Positions 10,601 through 19,447 of a stretch of DNA of 39,617 nucleotides are shown piece by piece; the stretch's first letter is position 1; each line of letters starts with the position of its first letter. The stretch is from a virus (lineage: Duplodnaviria > Caudoviricetes): positions 1 to 39,617 of IMG/VR virus record IMGVR_UViG_3300048848_000258. The stretch is one strand, 5' to 3'. A program made the translations under genes and the position numbers. The notes beneath the pieces are model-generated. The model saw only the letters and a list, made by a program, of their open reading frames with translations, was not told the DNA's origin and did no database searches.

Positions 10601-11686
10601 CAGCTGGGAGCCCTGCTGAAGACCGATCATGCCAGGACTCATCCCCCCAGCCGCAGTCACCGCAATGTCCTGAAACTGGAACATCGCATTGGTTGCCGCA
10701 TGGTTGGGCGCGTTGTCATTGACAGGGTTACGATCCAGGCTGGCGACATACTGCTCGTGACGAGCCCGCGCCATGGTTTGCGCCTGAGCGAGTTCTGTCG
10801 TGCTCAGCTCTGCACGATCCGCAAGCATGGCATATTCCGCCAGTTCGCTATTCAAGCGCGCCTGTGAGGCGCCAACCGGGTCAAGCTGGGCTCGCAGCGC
10901 CGTCGCCTTTTGCGCAAATCGCTCCGCTTCGCGTGCGGCCTCTTCGAACACAGCTGCAGAGCCGCGTGCCGAGGTGCCATTCCCGTTGACGCCAAGCCGA
11001 GAGTTCAGGTCGCTCGCAAACGCGCCGCCTGCCTGTGTCGCACGGAGACGTTCCATTTCTTCGCGCCGAGCAAGTTCTTCGGCAAAGACCGATGCCGAGT
11101 CCGAAGCGCGACCGCCAGCCGCAGTTCCCACGCCGAGCGTCCTGTTGATGCTGGCCTGCGCCTGCGATGCCGCCTGCTCTGCCGCTTGGGCTAGTCGAGC
11201 CTCTGCCGCCATGCGCTGGTACGACAGCGCAAGATCGTCGACCGCACCGCTTTGTGCCGTGATCCGGCCGTTGGCTTCGGAAATGGCTTGCGACAGTGCA
11301 GCATTGCCCTTGGCAACTGCATGAGACGCGTCGGCGGCAACGCCGTATTTGCGCGACAGGTTTTCGACCGCGACCGAGGCCTGCTCGGCGGACAGCCGCC
11401 CCTTGTCGAGGCCGTTACCAACCGTCTTCAGCCCTCGGTCGAAATCGGCCTGGGCAGCATAGCCGCTCACGAACTGTCGCTTGATGCGCTCGATACCGTC
11501 AGCGGCCGACGAGATCTTGGTGTTGGTTGCAACTGCCGTCGTGCCAACAGCGTCCATCGCCTGAGCAGCTTGGCGACCGGACTCGGACATTGCGCGATCG
11601 GCGGCAACCTTGCGAGCGGCGCCAGCGGCATAGCCGTTCGCGTCGAGGTCCGCAGAGACCCTCAATGTCCGAAGTTCGACAGCCAT
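7601..11686 (-). CDS. Tail tape measure protein with C-terminal M15-type peptidase domain
   Basis: 1361 aa, Ala/Gln/Arg-rich helical; FQFQDIAVTAAGGMSP..QQGSQL and lambda-type AGGGYTGPGG..PAGVVHKGE motifs; follows the chaperone genes. Confidence 0.93.
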   Translation of the reverse strand: MAVELRTLRVSADLDANGYAAGAARKVAADRAMSESGRQAAQAMDAVGTTAVATNTKISSAADGIERIKRQFVSGYAAQADFDRGLKTVGNGLDKGRLSAEQASVAVENLSRKYGVAADASHAVAKGNAALSQAISEANGRITAQSGAVDDLALSYQRMAAEARLAQAAEQAASQAQASINRTLGVGTAAGGRASDSASVFAEELARREEMERLRATQAGGAFASDLNSRLGVNGNGTSARGSAAVFEEAAREAERFAQKATALRAQLDPVGASQARLNSELAEYAMLADRAELSTTELAQAQTMARARHEQYVASLDRNPVNDNAPNHAATNAMFQFQDIAVTAAGGMSPGMIGLQQGSQLAGGFAGMGLKDAVTTTGAALAGLVSPLSLATIGLTAGAAAAIQFGIGLATSEEDTKKLDAVLQNHGNVLKALEERYGTLIEKARSFSMQGVNALNFQTGADIRSLRNSTKAAGEEFFGEVGTLTRGGYVAKSTYFGQDFAAFNDAITDLRNGVKAGKPDFEAFYDSLYKTAALKPEYAKQADEIAKLVAPLQAATQALTEMERAQRALQNAGSRSYGDAGAAFAADQSFRQLSMQRSADLEAAELRARTPAEHASVARQREENTYDPRESVATRTMRIQLAETQALTRAEHELKEAQSQRVRQYDADMAAMRAKSPADKEAAARAQAGVQIVDGEDAAARQSRIAMAGTQARVQAEYQLSEAQQERMRSLQDGIRQQELEVTVIGQTVGKTTELQSQYSLLSQLRTEAARNGITSETEFQRVFGQEIDLLNQAAAAHGRLAETRARAQLSNDLQFERDQLYRSSGDQQIASRQRGAGLSVDLSSEDALIMRQNMQLASLREGITGFFTDFREGLQQGDSIGEAFGNALLNGLMKVTNRITDSLIDSFVSSIIGKPGSGSTAGTGIFSLIGGAAAPAAAPAASAGAGIASAVASAANDNAARSAAGSALSFVGNYKSGVDAKLTDILNTAAQRFPGFKVDAMSGFRAGDPRFHGQGLATDVKLTDLSSGKMLGNYQDASSFRTYEQFAQTARSVQMEKYPELAQDLRWGGYFGGGKGKYGAVDTMHFDLGGKRAGMGGGSWEGGLNSSQRSLWPRANSEGMNSDTAAAAVERMAANSNEAATNLGGLTDATSGALKGVGDFGAGLGQFSQQLMNAASGANSPSSLLGGLGSLLGGIDPTSSFWAPNTTLGGFLMTGKAGGGYTGPGGINEPAGVVHKGEIVWSQMDIARAGGIGAVEGMRLGWQGYAGGGLVGGPATTPSRRSTIPNSLNDNTGSGAGDKVKVEVVTRMEQDGTLQTYVENISYQQGQRAAGEAVEDYDANIFDVINGHRQNPRKRKAVR

Positions 11687-11704
11687 GATTACCTCAAGAA
11701 GACG

Positions 11705-12091
11705 TCAGCTCGTCGGAGCCGTGATTTTCTGCTTTGCCTTCAGCGCTTCCGTCTCCAGATGGACACCATCCAGAACGGCGATGAAGCGCCGGAACTGCTC
11801 GAACTCGTCGAGCGTCAGCCCATGATCGCGCGCATACTGGCTCATCACCATGTACGAGATCGGGCTTTCGCCACCCATCGCGCCGTACTGCCGGTCGAAC
11901 CGGATGGCATCGAAGGCGCGAAAGTAAAACTCGTGCCAGGCGCGAGGCTCAAAGTCCTCGTCCCCGGCATCATCTTCGGCCGTCAGCCATCCCTCATCGG
12001 GAAAAGCCTCAGCAATCTCGTCGATCCACGATTGATGCTTCGCAGCCCCCGAACGCTCTAGGCGGTTTCGGAAGGCTGCTCGGAGTTTCCC
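11705..12091 (-). CDS. Tail assembly chaperone gpT-like segment, expressed by -1 frameshift
   Basis: Open -1 frame from the GGGAAAC slippery site to TGA at 11705-11707 (GKLRAAFRNRLERSG...WHEFYFRAFDAIRFDRQYGAMGGESPISY...TAPTS); absent from the ORF track. Confidence 0.85.
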   Translation of the reverse strand, partial: GKLRAAFRNRLERSGAAKHQSWIDEIAEAFPDEGWLTAEDDAGDEDFEPRAWHEFYFRAFDAIRFDRQYGAMGGESPISYMVMSQYARDHGLTLDEFEQFRRFIAVLDGVHLETEALKAKQKITAPTS

Positions 12092-12477
12092 GCTTCTTCC
12101 TCGTCGTACTCAACCTGGATCTCGCTCACGGCCGCTGCGCACCATTCGACAGCGGAGATGACATTCCGATATTCCGGGTTGGTCATGATGTCGGCCGCCG
12201 TCGTCTTTTCGTATTCGACATCGAGGCCGCGCCAGCCGTGCAGGAGATGCTCGTGGTAGAGCTTACCGAGTTCGACCAGCATCACGTTCGGCGGCACGGG
12301 CTTTTTCTTGTACTTCCGGCCGAGGCGCTGCATGAGCAGCTCGCGCTGCGTCCGGTACGCCGGCAGGTGGAGAGACGAGACGTTGAACTCCACACCCGGC
12401 CAGTCCGGGAACTCGATCCAGTCGCCTTTTTCCTCGCGGGTCAGGTCAGCCTTGAGGGATGCAAGCTTGACGGTCAT
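12058..12477 (-). CDS. Tail assembly chaperone gpG-like
   Basis: Between tail tube and tape measure genes; LLHGWRGL motif; slippery heptamer near the 3' end. Confidence 0.85.
   Translation of the reverse strand: MTVKLASLKADLTREEKGDWIEFPDWPGVEFNVSSLHLPAYRTQRELLMQRLGRKYKKKPVPPNVMLVELGKLYHEHLLHGWRGLDVEYEKTTAADIMTNPEYRNVISAVEWCAAAVSEIQVEYDEEEAGNSEQPSETA
12085..12091 (-). other. Programmed -1 ribosomal frameshift site G GGA AAC
   Basis: X XXY YYZ heptamer in the correct phase (GCG GGA AAC) followed by a 128-codon open -1 frame; canonical lambda G/GT arrangement. Confidence 0.85.
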
Positions 12478-12680
12478 TCGGAGACTTCCTCTTTGGGTTC
12501 ATGCAGCTGCGTACGCGGGGCGATCAGCCCCTTGTCTCGCATCAGCTGGGCGTAGGACTCGGGAACCGGCGCGCTTTCCACGCCAGCGGTAAATCGGACC
12601 TTCGTCTTTTCGTCAGGGTATCCGTCGAAGCTCTCGGACGGCGTGAAGGTGACCTGCTTTTCGTCCGGCTTCTTCGTCAT
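12474..12680 (-). CDS. Small hypothetical tail-region protein
   Basis: 68 aa, ATGA-coupled on both sides. Confidence 0.75.
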   Translation of the reverse strand: MTKKPDEKQVTFTPSESFDGYPDEKTKVRFTAGVESAPVPESYAQLMRDKGLIAPRTQLHEPKEEVSE

Positions 12681-13609
12681 GCGACGGCCCTCGTCAGCAC
12701 CATCGAAGCCGCCGAGGTCGGATCGAACTTGGCCTGGAAGGGCATTTCGATGATGACGGACTGGTTGTTGCCGCGAACCATCGGCCCGCCGCTCATGCCC
12801 TTCAACTTCGGGATGTTCAGCGTGTACTTGGCGCCGGTTGCCGCCCCGACCGTTAGCGCAAGCGACAGGTCGTCGTGGTTGAGGATCGCATTGTAGAGAT
12901 CGAGGTTCTCAAACAGCGCGGTGATCGAGCCAGTCACATCGAAGCGACCGAGGCCATGCGAATAGGTCTCATACTGCCCCAAGACTTCGTTCGCATAGAT
13001 GTTGTTGTTGATCCGGATCGAAGCGGCCTGAAGCTTAGGAGAGGCAGCAACACCGCCGAGCGTCAGCGTGCCAATATTGAGCGCCGCGTTCAGAACGGGC
13101 GTCGTGGATGCTGCAGCATAGGTCGCGCCGGCAATGATAGCCGTAGCCGGGACGGGCGAACCAAGCCCCATCACGCCGAAGTTGGCGGTGATGAACTGCT
13201 TGGCATTCAGCTGCAGATCGAGCGTGTTGATCCGGCAGCCGCGGTAGCGCGTGAACGCATCCGTTGCGCCCTGTTCGAACGTCTTCTCGAAGGCCAGCGT
13301 CTTTGGCGTGCGTCCGTTCTTCAGGACATCAGCCGCCCAGTCCGAGCAGAACAGCGCGGCCAGGAGGTCGTCATAGGTGCCATAGCTCAGCACGCCGTTG
13401 ATCGGGCCTGTGACCGACCGTCCGACATCGACGATATCGGACACGTTCCGGTCGTCGCGGATCTCGTCCGGGATGGCCGTCTGCTTTTCGAGCGTGATGC
13501 TTTCACTCGTGTAGCGCAGCGACTTCCACGAGGGCGTGGCGGGAATGACGCCAATGGCGGTTTCCACAAGATAGGCAAGCCGCGTCTGCGACCCTTCAGC
13601 AACGGTCAT
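12677..13609 (-). CDS. Major tail (tube) protein
   Basis: 310 aa, GGAGA RBS, beta-rich; position between tail terminator and chaperones. Confidence 0.88.
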   Translation of the reverse strand: MTVAEGSQTRLAYLVETAIGVIPATPSWKSLRYTSESITLEKQTAIPDEIRDDRNVSDIVDVGRSVTGPINGVLSYGTYDDLLAALFCSDWAADVLKNGRTPKTLAFEKTFEQGATDAFTRYRGCRINTLDLQLNAKQFITANFGVMGLGSPVPATAIIAGATYAAASTTPVLNAALNIGTLTLGGVAASPKLQAASIRINNNIYANEVLGQYETYSHGLGRFDVTGSITALFENLDLYNAILNHDDLSLALTVGAATGAKYTLNIPKLKGMSGGPMVRGNNQSVIIEMPFQAKFDPTSAASMVLTRAVA

Positions 13610-13639
13610 GGCTGTTCTCCAGGTTAAGGCCCGCAGGCG

Positions 13640-14053
13640 TTATGAGTGGGTGTAGTCCTGACGGTCCCACGTGATCGTGGTCGTCATGGCGAAGTAGCCG
13701 CCGAAAGTACGACCGGGGTCACCGGCGCCGATCGACATCTGGCGAGGGTGGAGGTCTCCAAGCGGACGCTCCCGGAAGAGCTTGGTCAGGCGCTCTGCGA
13801 TGCCCCGCGCATCCCGGCTTCCGGCGCTGTTGGGCGTCATCACATGCAGGTAGACAACACCCGACTCCAGCCACATGTTGTTGCCAGGAGCACCAACCGT
13901 CTGCTGTTCCAGTAGATCGCCGACCACCTCGATATACACGAATGGTGCCGGCACTTCCGGCGTGTCGAAACCGTCATTTTCCTCGGAGATCGGCGTCTCG
14001 GTCCATTCGACAAGACGGGCCATGATCAGGTTGTAGGCACTGAGACTGGACAT
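13640..14053 (-). CDS. Tail terminator-like protein
   Basis: 137 aa directly upstream of the tail tube gene; GVVYLHVMTP..G pattern. Confidence 0.75.
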   Translation of the reverse strand: MSSLSAYNLIMARLVEWTETPISEENDGFDTPEVPAPFVYIEVVGDLLEQQTVGAPGNNMWLESGVVYLHVMTPNSAGSRDARGIAERLTKLFRERPLGDLHPRQMSIGAGDPGRTFGGYFAMTTTITWDRQDYTHS

Positions 14054-14704
14054 TCAGAACACCATGTTCATGACGACAGAGGGATAGGTGATTGGCATGC
14101 CCTTTTGCCGATCCTTGCGGCCGCCCCCGCGCTTGAGGACGTATGGCATCTGCGGGTGCACGCCCGCGCGGATGTCGAGCCACTTCGTCTCGAACTGGAA
14201 GGCAGCCGGCGTATTGCGACCCTCGTTGCCGAACCGCCGTGCCGCGTCGCGTTTCGCGCCGTCGAAGATGGCATTGCGCTTGGTGCTCAACTGCCCCGTC
14301 TCCGCCTTGCGGACATACGGCTGGAAGTTCGTAATCACCACCTCGGCCCGGCCGCTGATCGTGTCGAAGTTCGTTACCGGGACTTGATCAGCCAAGACGA
14401 TGAACGATGCCCTGAAGCGTCCCGACCGAGCTGGTGCCCGTTGGCGAAGACGATCGAGCACGAAGGTGATCACTGGTTCCCAAAGCGCAAATTCGTAGAT
14501 GATCGGACCAGGCGCGACGACCTCATCCTCGGAGGATGCCGCACGACCGTTCACATAGAGATCATAGACCTTGCTGGCGCCTGCACTCTGGGCCTTCTGC
14601 AGCTCCTGCCGGGCAAAGACGGCCAGCGCCTTGTTGATCTGCTCGGGCTCAAGATCCACTGTTGCCAGCTGCAGTTCGCGGTCGAACGCATCGAAGCTAC
14701 TCAT
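14054..14704 (-). CDS. Neck / tail completion protein (HK97 gp10-like)
   Basis: APARSGRFRAS and ITNFQPYVRKAE motifs; synteny. Confidence 0.7.
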   Translation of the reverse strand: MSSFDAFDRELQLATVDLEPEQINKALAVFARQELQKAQSAGASKVYDLYVNGRAASSEDEVVAPGPIIYEFALWEPVITFVLDRLRQRAPARSGRFRASFIVLADQVPVTNFDTISGRAEVVITNFQPYVRKAETGQLSTKRNAIFDGAKRDAARRFGNEGRNTPAAFQFETKWLDIRAGVHPQMPYVLKRGGGRKDRQKGMPITYPSVVMNMVF

Positions 14705-15051
14705 TAGCCACGCACCAGGAGTGTGTAGCGCACGAGCGCATTTCGCTTCCGGATCGGCTTCGGGATCTCGATGTTGAGTTCCCGTCCGTCAACGACGACC
14801 TTGTCGCTCTTCTTCAGCGGGGCAAGGCCTTCCAGGCCGGAGGGGCTGACGATAACCACCAAATCGGTAAGCTTGATGTCGCCGACGAGCTCGTCGTTCT
14901 TCACCGGGCGGACGAAAGCGTTGACCGTGACCTCGTGAGCCTTCATCCGTGGCGAGACACTGCCATCGTAGCGATAAAGAGAAATGACTTCCCCGGTCAG
15001 TGCCAGCGCCTTGTCCAGCTCCGCGATAGCCTCCTCAGCCTTGAACATCAC
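14704..15051 (-). CDS. Head closure / head-tail adaptor protein
   Basis: 115 aa coupled ORF between connector and neck genes. Confidence 0.7.
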   Translation of the reverse strand: MMFKAEEAIAELDKALALTGEVISLYRYDGSVSPRMKAHEVTVNAFVRPVKNDELVGDIKLTDLVVIVSPSGLEGLAPLKKSDKVVVDGRELNIEIPKPIRKRNALVRYTLLVRG

Positions 15052-15701
15052 GGCCCCAACAGGTTGCGATATCGAATGAGCTGACCCGCCACGAAAGGCG
15101 GCACAGCGGCTTCACCGGAACGTCCGGGAATCGCCCCGACCCAATAATCGCGCTTTGTGCGCATCACGTCGGGAACATCGATCTCCTCGCTCTTCAACGA
15201 GGGATCGCGTTCGCGTTCCAGCCAGGCGAAGCGGAAGAAGTCGAACGCGGCCATCTTCAGGTCCGCTGGGACTTCTTCGAAGCCCGCCTTGTATGTGACG
15301 ACGATCTTTCCCGCCCCCCAAGACACGATCCGATCGTCGTACAGCCGGCGCACGATCCCGGCTTCCGGGTCAACATAATGGTCACCTCCCATCAGCACCG
15401 ATCCGCCGACATTCAGCGAGACGATCTCTACCTCGTGACGTCGCGCCAACAGGAGATCTTCACCGCGAATGCCACGGAACGTCTCTTCCAGGGTTTCCTG
15501 CAGAAGCGTCGGTGGAGAACCCGCTGCAACGGCGACATTGCATTCCGCGCAGATCGCCGCAGCGACACGCCGATCCATCGCCTCGAGCATCGAATCTTGA
15601 GAACTGTCCACAGAGCGCAGGCCGGCTGCAACGCGCCGTTCCTCCGGTGTCAGCAGCGGCAGATCTGCCGCTGGCGTGACGGTCCGCAGGACGCCCCGCA
15701 T
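15048..15701 (-). CDS. Head-tail connector protein (gp6-like)
   Basis: IVVTYKAGFEEVPADLKMAA motif; synteny after the capsid genes. Confidence 0.8.
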   Translation of the reverse strand: MRGVLRTVTPAADLPLLTPEERRVAAGLRSVDSSQDSMLEAMDRRVAAAICAECNVAVAAGSPPTLLQETLEETFRGIRGEDLLLARRHEVEIVSLNVGGSVLMGGDHYVDPEAGIVRRLYDDRIVSWGAGKIVVTYKAGFEEVPADLKMAAFDFFRFAWLERERDPSLKSEEIDVPDVMRTKRDYWVGAIPGRSGEAAVPPFVAGQLIRYRNLLGP

Positions 15702-16240
15702 CAGGCCTGCGCCTCGGATGCCTGAAGCGCAGCCTGGCTAGCAGCCTGGAGTGCGGCAATGACGTCGTCTTTGGTGCGCGCGCCAGACGCGTCGACGCCG
15801 CGGTCGGCCGCAAGAGCTTCGAGCTCCTTGCGCGTCAGTTTCTCGAAATCGATCGGCGGAGTAGATCCGACTTCGGTTTCGACTTCGGCCTCAGCTTCGG
15901 CCTCGACATCAGGAGTGGCAGTCGTGCTCTGCGACGCAATGAGATCGGTAGCAAAGGACCTGGCAGCCGGAAGGTTCGGAAGGCAACCCCCGTTGAGGAT
16001 AACGCCTCCATCGTCGACGACATCAAAGCCGCCGCCAAGAGAGGGAACCGCACGCAACCCACGCGGCATCTCTTCCGGGGACGGATGCCGGAACTCTTCG
16101 ACCGCAAGGAGGCCGGCCTCTGCGATCTCCTCGTCCGTGACCGGGGCGCAGGTGCCCATGGCAAGGCTCGACGTCGCGGCGACATACGGGAGGGTGATGA
16201 TATTGCCGGCTTCGCGGCCGATCAGTTGGCGAACGAACAT
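15701..16240 (-). CDS. Hypothetical head-region protein with C-terminal HeH/Rho-N-like domain
   Basis: C-terminal LTRKELEALAADRGVDASGARTKDDVIAAL; acidic linker; GAAGGA RBS. Confidence 0.7.
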   Translation of the reverse strand: MFVRQLIGREAGNIITLPYVAATSSLAMGTCAPVTDEEIAEAGLLAVEEFRHPSPEEMPRGLRAVPSLGGGFDVVDDGGVILNGGCLPNLPAARSFATDLIASQSTTATPDVEAEAEAEVETEVGSTPPIDFEKLTRKELEALAADRGVDASGARTKDDVIAALQAASQAALQASEAQA

Positions 16241-16295
16241 GGGAGATCCTTCTGCTGGAGCAAGGCACCGCCGACGAGCGGCGGAGCTTCAGCAA

Positions 16296-16781
16296 TCAGT
16301 TGATGATGGCGGAGGGCGGCGTGGCCTGCTGGTATCGAAGATCCACCAGGATGAAGTCTGCCTGCGTGATGTTCGCGGCATTCGAGGCGCCCGTGGTCAG
16401 GTAGATGCAGTCGAAACCATTGGCGAGGTCGAGCTGTGCGGGGTCGATCTCGAAGATGACCTGCTTGTTCTTCACCGCCGCATCCGTGACGTAGCTCACC
16501 GCATCGCTGCGCCGGATCAGCGTATCGGTCAGCGAGGTATCGAGGTTCGCCCAGATCGGCACGGCATTGGCGATGGGCTTGGCGCCGGTCCCGGCGACAT
16601 CTGTCGCCTGCATGATGGCAAGGGCGACCGTTGCGGCATTGCCCTGTGCGAGATGGACTTTCACGTACGCCTTGCCGGCGTTCTTGAGGCTGACGATATC
16701 CGAAGAGCGGCCGGCGGCATCGGCGGCAGGTGGCAGGGCTTCAACCAGCTTCATCTGCTGGGGAAATGTGAACTTGGTCAT
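16296..16781 (-). CDS. Putative capsid decoration/accessory protein
   Basis: 161 aa beta-rich ORF immediately after the major capsid gene; AGGAG RBS. Confidence 0.65.
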   Translation of the reverse strand: MTKFTFPQQMKLVEALPPAADAAGRSSDIVSLKNAGKAYVKVHLAQGNAATVALAIMQATDVAGTGAKPIANAVPIWANLDTSLTDTLIRRSDAVSYVTDAAVKNKQVIFEIDPAQLDLANGFDCIYLTTGASNAANITQADFILVDLRYQQATPPSAIIN

Positions 16782-16812
16782 TCCGTTGATCTCCTGTGTG
16801 AATCTGATGAGG

Positions 16813-16838
16813 CAAAGGCCGGGGCCGAAGCCCCGGCT
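16813..16838 (-). terminator. GC-rich UUCG hairpin downstream of the capsid gene (weak terminator or mRNA stabiliser)
   Basis: GCCGGGGC-TTCG-GCCCCGGC followed by CTTT on the minus strand; U-tract is short. Confidence 0.55.
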
Positions 16839-16850
16839 CGGTTCAGCTCG

Positions 16851-18185
16851 TTACGCGCGGGTTTCGAGCGTGATGAACGGGCTCTGCGTGGCCGTGCCCT
16901 TGTAGGGCGTCATCGGGTTGGACCAGATGGGCTGGCCGTTGAACCGGTAGACGAAGCGGAAGCACGTCTCGTCGTAGATGAAGCGGACATGGATCGACGA
17001 CGCGAACTGCGTCGGGCCCTTGTCGATCGCCAGATACTGCGACAGGTCGACCAGCATGATGTCGCCAGCCGTGCCGAGCGTTGCGGCATACTCGACGGGG
17101 ATGATCGGCCGGCCCATCAGAGTTGCATACTGGCTGCCGTTGGCGCCGGGCGGCGTGAACATGATGGCAGGCGCTGCGATGCCGCCGACATTCTCGGTAC
17201 CGGCTGCGTTCTTGACCTTGATCACGAACTGGTAGAGCTGCGGCTCGACGTCCTGGTTGATGACCCAGACCGCAGTCTTGCGCGACCGCGCGGGCATCCG
17301 CGCCCACATCTTGAGAATGTTTTCCGCTACGATGGTGCCACCCAACTGATTGGCTTCCTTCGGAACGGTGATCATCGAGCCACCATTGAGGAACCCGAGC
17401 GGCATGCCGGCGCCGGTACCGTTGATGATCGCATCTTCGATCTTGAACAGGAATTCGTCAGCGAAGGCCTGGCGCAGCCAGGATTCAAGCGCGGTCGAAT
17501 CCTGCAGAAGTTCGTCGGTCGCGTAGCAAAGACCGGTGAGCTTATCGAGCTCCATCTTGATGCGACGGAACTTCGGCGTGCTGTCGCGCTTCAGGCCAGC
17601 TTCGGCCGTCCAGAAAGACTGGATGCCGCCCCAACGGGAACCGTTCGCCCGGCTCGTTTCGTCGACGCCGTTCATATGGATGCCGTTGGAGTTCGGGCCG
17701 ATAGGAATGCGGCGCACGCGACTGGCGATCTCGCCACCCTCGTAGGTGTTCTGCAGAAGCTCGTTGGAGAAATCCGTCTGCACGAGGAAGCCACCGTCAG
17801 CGGCCACGCCTTCCGACATGCCGGTCGGGCCAGCAAAGATCAGCCGGGGATCGGCACTGCCGCGACGATCGGGGTTGGCAGCGCCGGCGATCGCCAGCAT
17901 CTGCTCGCCGAGCGAGGAGAAACGAGCGCCTTCGCGGCCCTGCGCATTGTTGCGGTCGGCGTTTTCGTTCGGGTCGATCACGCTACCGACCGAGCGCTGG
18001 CGCTCCATCTGACGTTCGGCGCGAACGATCTGATCGTCGAGCGCCGTCAGCTCGGCAGAGATCGCGTCATCGCGAGCAGCTTCCTGATCGGTCAGGCCGC
18101 GGTGTTCGGAGGCGGCCAGATCGAAAGCGCTCTGCGCTTCCTTGACCAGATCGGCACGCTTCTGGCGAAGAACCTTGATTGTCAT
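16851..18185 (-). CDS. Major capsid protein, HK97 family
   Basis: N-terminal coiled-coil delta domain, DGGFLVQTDF, INGTGAGMPLG and TLMGRPII motifs; GGAG spacing favours ATG 18185 over 18191. Confidence 0.96.
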   Translation of the reverse strand: MTIKVLRQKRADLVKEAQSAFDLAASEHRGLTDQEAARDDAISAELTALDDQIVRAERQMERQRSVGSVIDPNENADRNNAQGREGARFSSLGEQMLAIAGAANPDRRGSADPRLIFAGPTGMSEGVAADGGFLVQTDFSNELLQNTYEGGEIASRVRRIPIGPNSNGIHMNGVDETSRANGSRWGGIQSFWTAEAGLKRDSTPKFRRIKMELDKLTGLCYATDELLQDSTALESWLRQAFADEFLFKIEDAIINGTGAGMPLGFLNGGSMITVPKEANQLGGTIVAENILKMWARMPARSRKTAVWVINQDVEPQLYQFVIKVKNAAGTENVGGIAAPAIMFTPPGANGSQYATLMGRPIIPVEYAATLGTAGDIMLVDLSQYLAIDKGPTQFASSIHVRFIYDETCFRFVYRFNGQPIWSNPMTPYKGTATQSPFITLETRA

Positions 18186-18313
18186 GTACATGCTCCGTTG
18201 ATGAGAGAACCGGGTGAATGGGGCGCAGGAAGTCAGCCCACTGTCCCGGCGGTCGTGGGGCGCTGAAGAGATGTCGGTGGGATGCGGCCTATCGTGTCAG
18301 TGACCGCGCGTGA

Positions 18314-19447
18314 TCAGCCGTTGCGCGACCGATGAGCGTGGCGCCGGCGCCGGAAGGCATCACGGTCGCTTTCCGTGGCGCACAGCGCAGAAGCTTCGAG
18401 CGGATTGCCGCTCTCCTGCGGCTCCGATGGAACGTCAACAGGAGGCGAAGGTGGTGCTTCCTGTTCGGTAGCATCGGCGGTCGCATGCAGGATGGTGTCA
18501 TGATCTGCGCGAGGTCCGGATGTCGTCTTCATGGAGGCAACACGGCGCAGCGTCTCGTCCAGGGTGGCAACCCGATCAGCCATGCCGAGCTTCACCGCGA
18601 CTTTGTCTTTCTCGACGCGTCCTTCCCCGAAGCCGCCGACAACATCGCTGACCTTGACGCCACGACCACGGGCAACGTCCGTCGTGAAGTCGCGGTAGTA
18701 GTCGTCGATCTGCGCCTGCAGCGCCTGCGTCGCCTCGTCCGTCAGGGGTTCGTACTGGTTGCCTTCGACCTTGTACTTGCCAGCCGAGACGAACGTGAAC
18801 TTCACGCCTTGCGCTTCCGCTGCCTTCGAGACGTCACGGTGCAAACCATAAACACCAATCGAGCCGACCTGACCGCCGGGTGTCACCACGATCTCGTCGC
18901 AGGCCGATGCGATCCAATACGCCGCCGACGCGGCCAAGCTGTCGACCTGCGCAATGATCGGCTTCTGGCCGCGCGCCTTGAAGATGTCGTTTGCCAGAAC
19001 CTGCACGCCGTGGACGTTTCCGCCCGGACTGTTGAAACGCAGCACGATGGCCTTCACGGATGCATCGCCAATTGCATTGCGGAAGCTCCGCATCACGCGT
19101 TCGGTAGACGTCCCGCCTGGTCCGCTGATGTCGTCGACCTCAGACGCATGCTGTGCGATGATGCCGAACACAGAGATGACCGCGATTACGGATGCCACGG
19201 GCGCCGGCGAACCGCCCTCACCGCGACCGACAACACCGAGCGGATCCAGCGTAGCCGCACTGAAGAGTGCCGCGACACCGTTCGGCTCGCGCTCGCCCTT
19301 GAGTGCTGCGATCTCACTGGCCGATAGGCGAATGCCCTCGGCACGCCGCTCGACGACTTCCGCGATGGCTTGAAGCCGGTCGGGCGTGATCGCCCAAGGG
19401 TGCTGGACGATGGCTGCATGCAGGTGAGGAAATCTAATTGTCATCAT
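18314..19447 (-). CDS. Prohead protease, S49 (SppA-like) family
   Basis: NSPGG, AASAAYWIAS (catalytic Ser), GSIGV and AGKYK motifs; between portal and capsid. Confidence 0.93.
   Translation of the reverse strand: MMTIRFPHLHAAIVQHPWAITPDRLQAIAEVVERRAEGIRLSASEIAALKGEREPNGVAALFSAATLDPLGVVGRGEGGSPAPVASVIAVISVFGIIAQHASEVDDISGPGGTSTERVMRSFRNAIGDASVKAIVLRFNSPGGNVHGVQVLANDIFKARGQKPIIAQVDSLAASAAYWIASACDEIVVTPGGQVGSIGVYGLHRDVSKAAEAQGVKFTFVSAGKYKVEGNQYEPLTDEATQALQAQIDDYYRDFTTDVARGRGVKVSDVVGGFGEGRVEKDKVAVKLGMADRVATLDETLRRVASMKTTSGPRADHDTILHATADATEQEAPPSPPVDVPSEPQESGNPLEASALCATESDRDAFRRRRHAHRSRNG

Noticed and set aside
15759-18266. 835-aa plus-strand ORF
   Set aside because: Antisense shadow of the capsid and neighbouring genes; long stop-free reverse frames are common in GC-rich coding DNA; no RBS or recognisable motif
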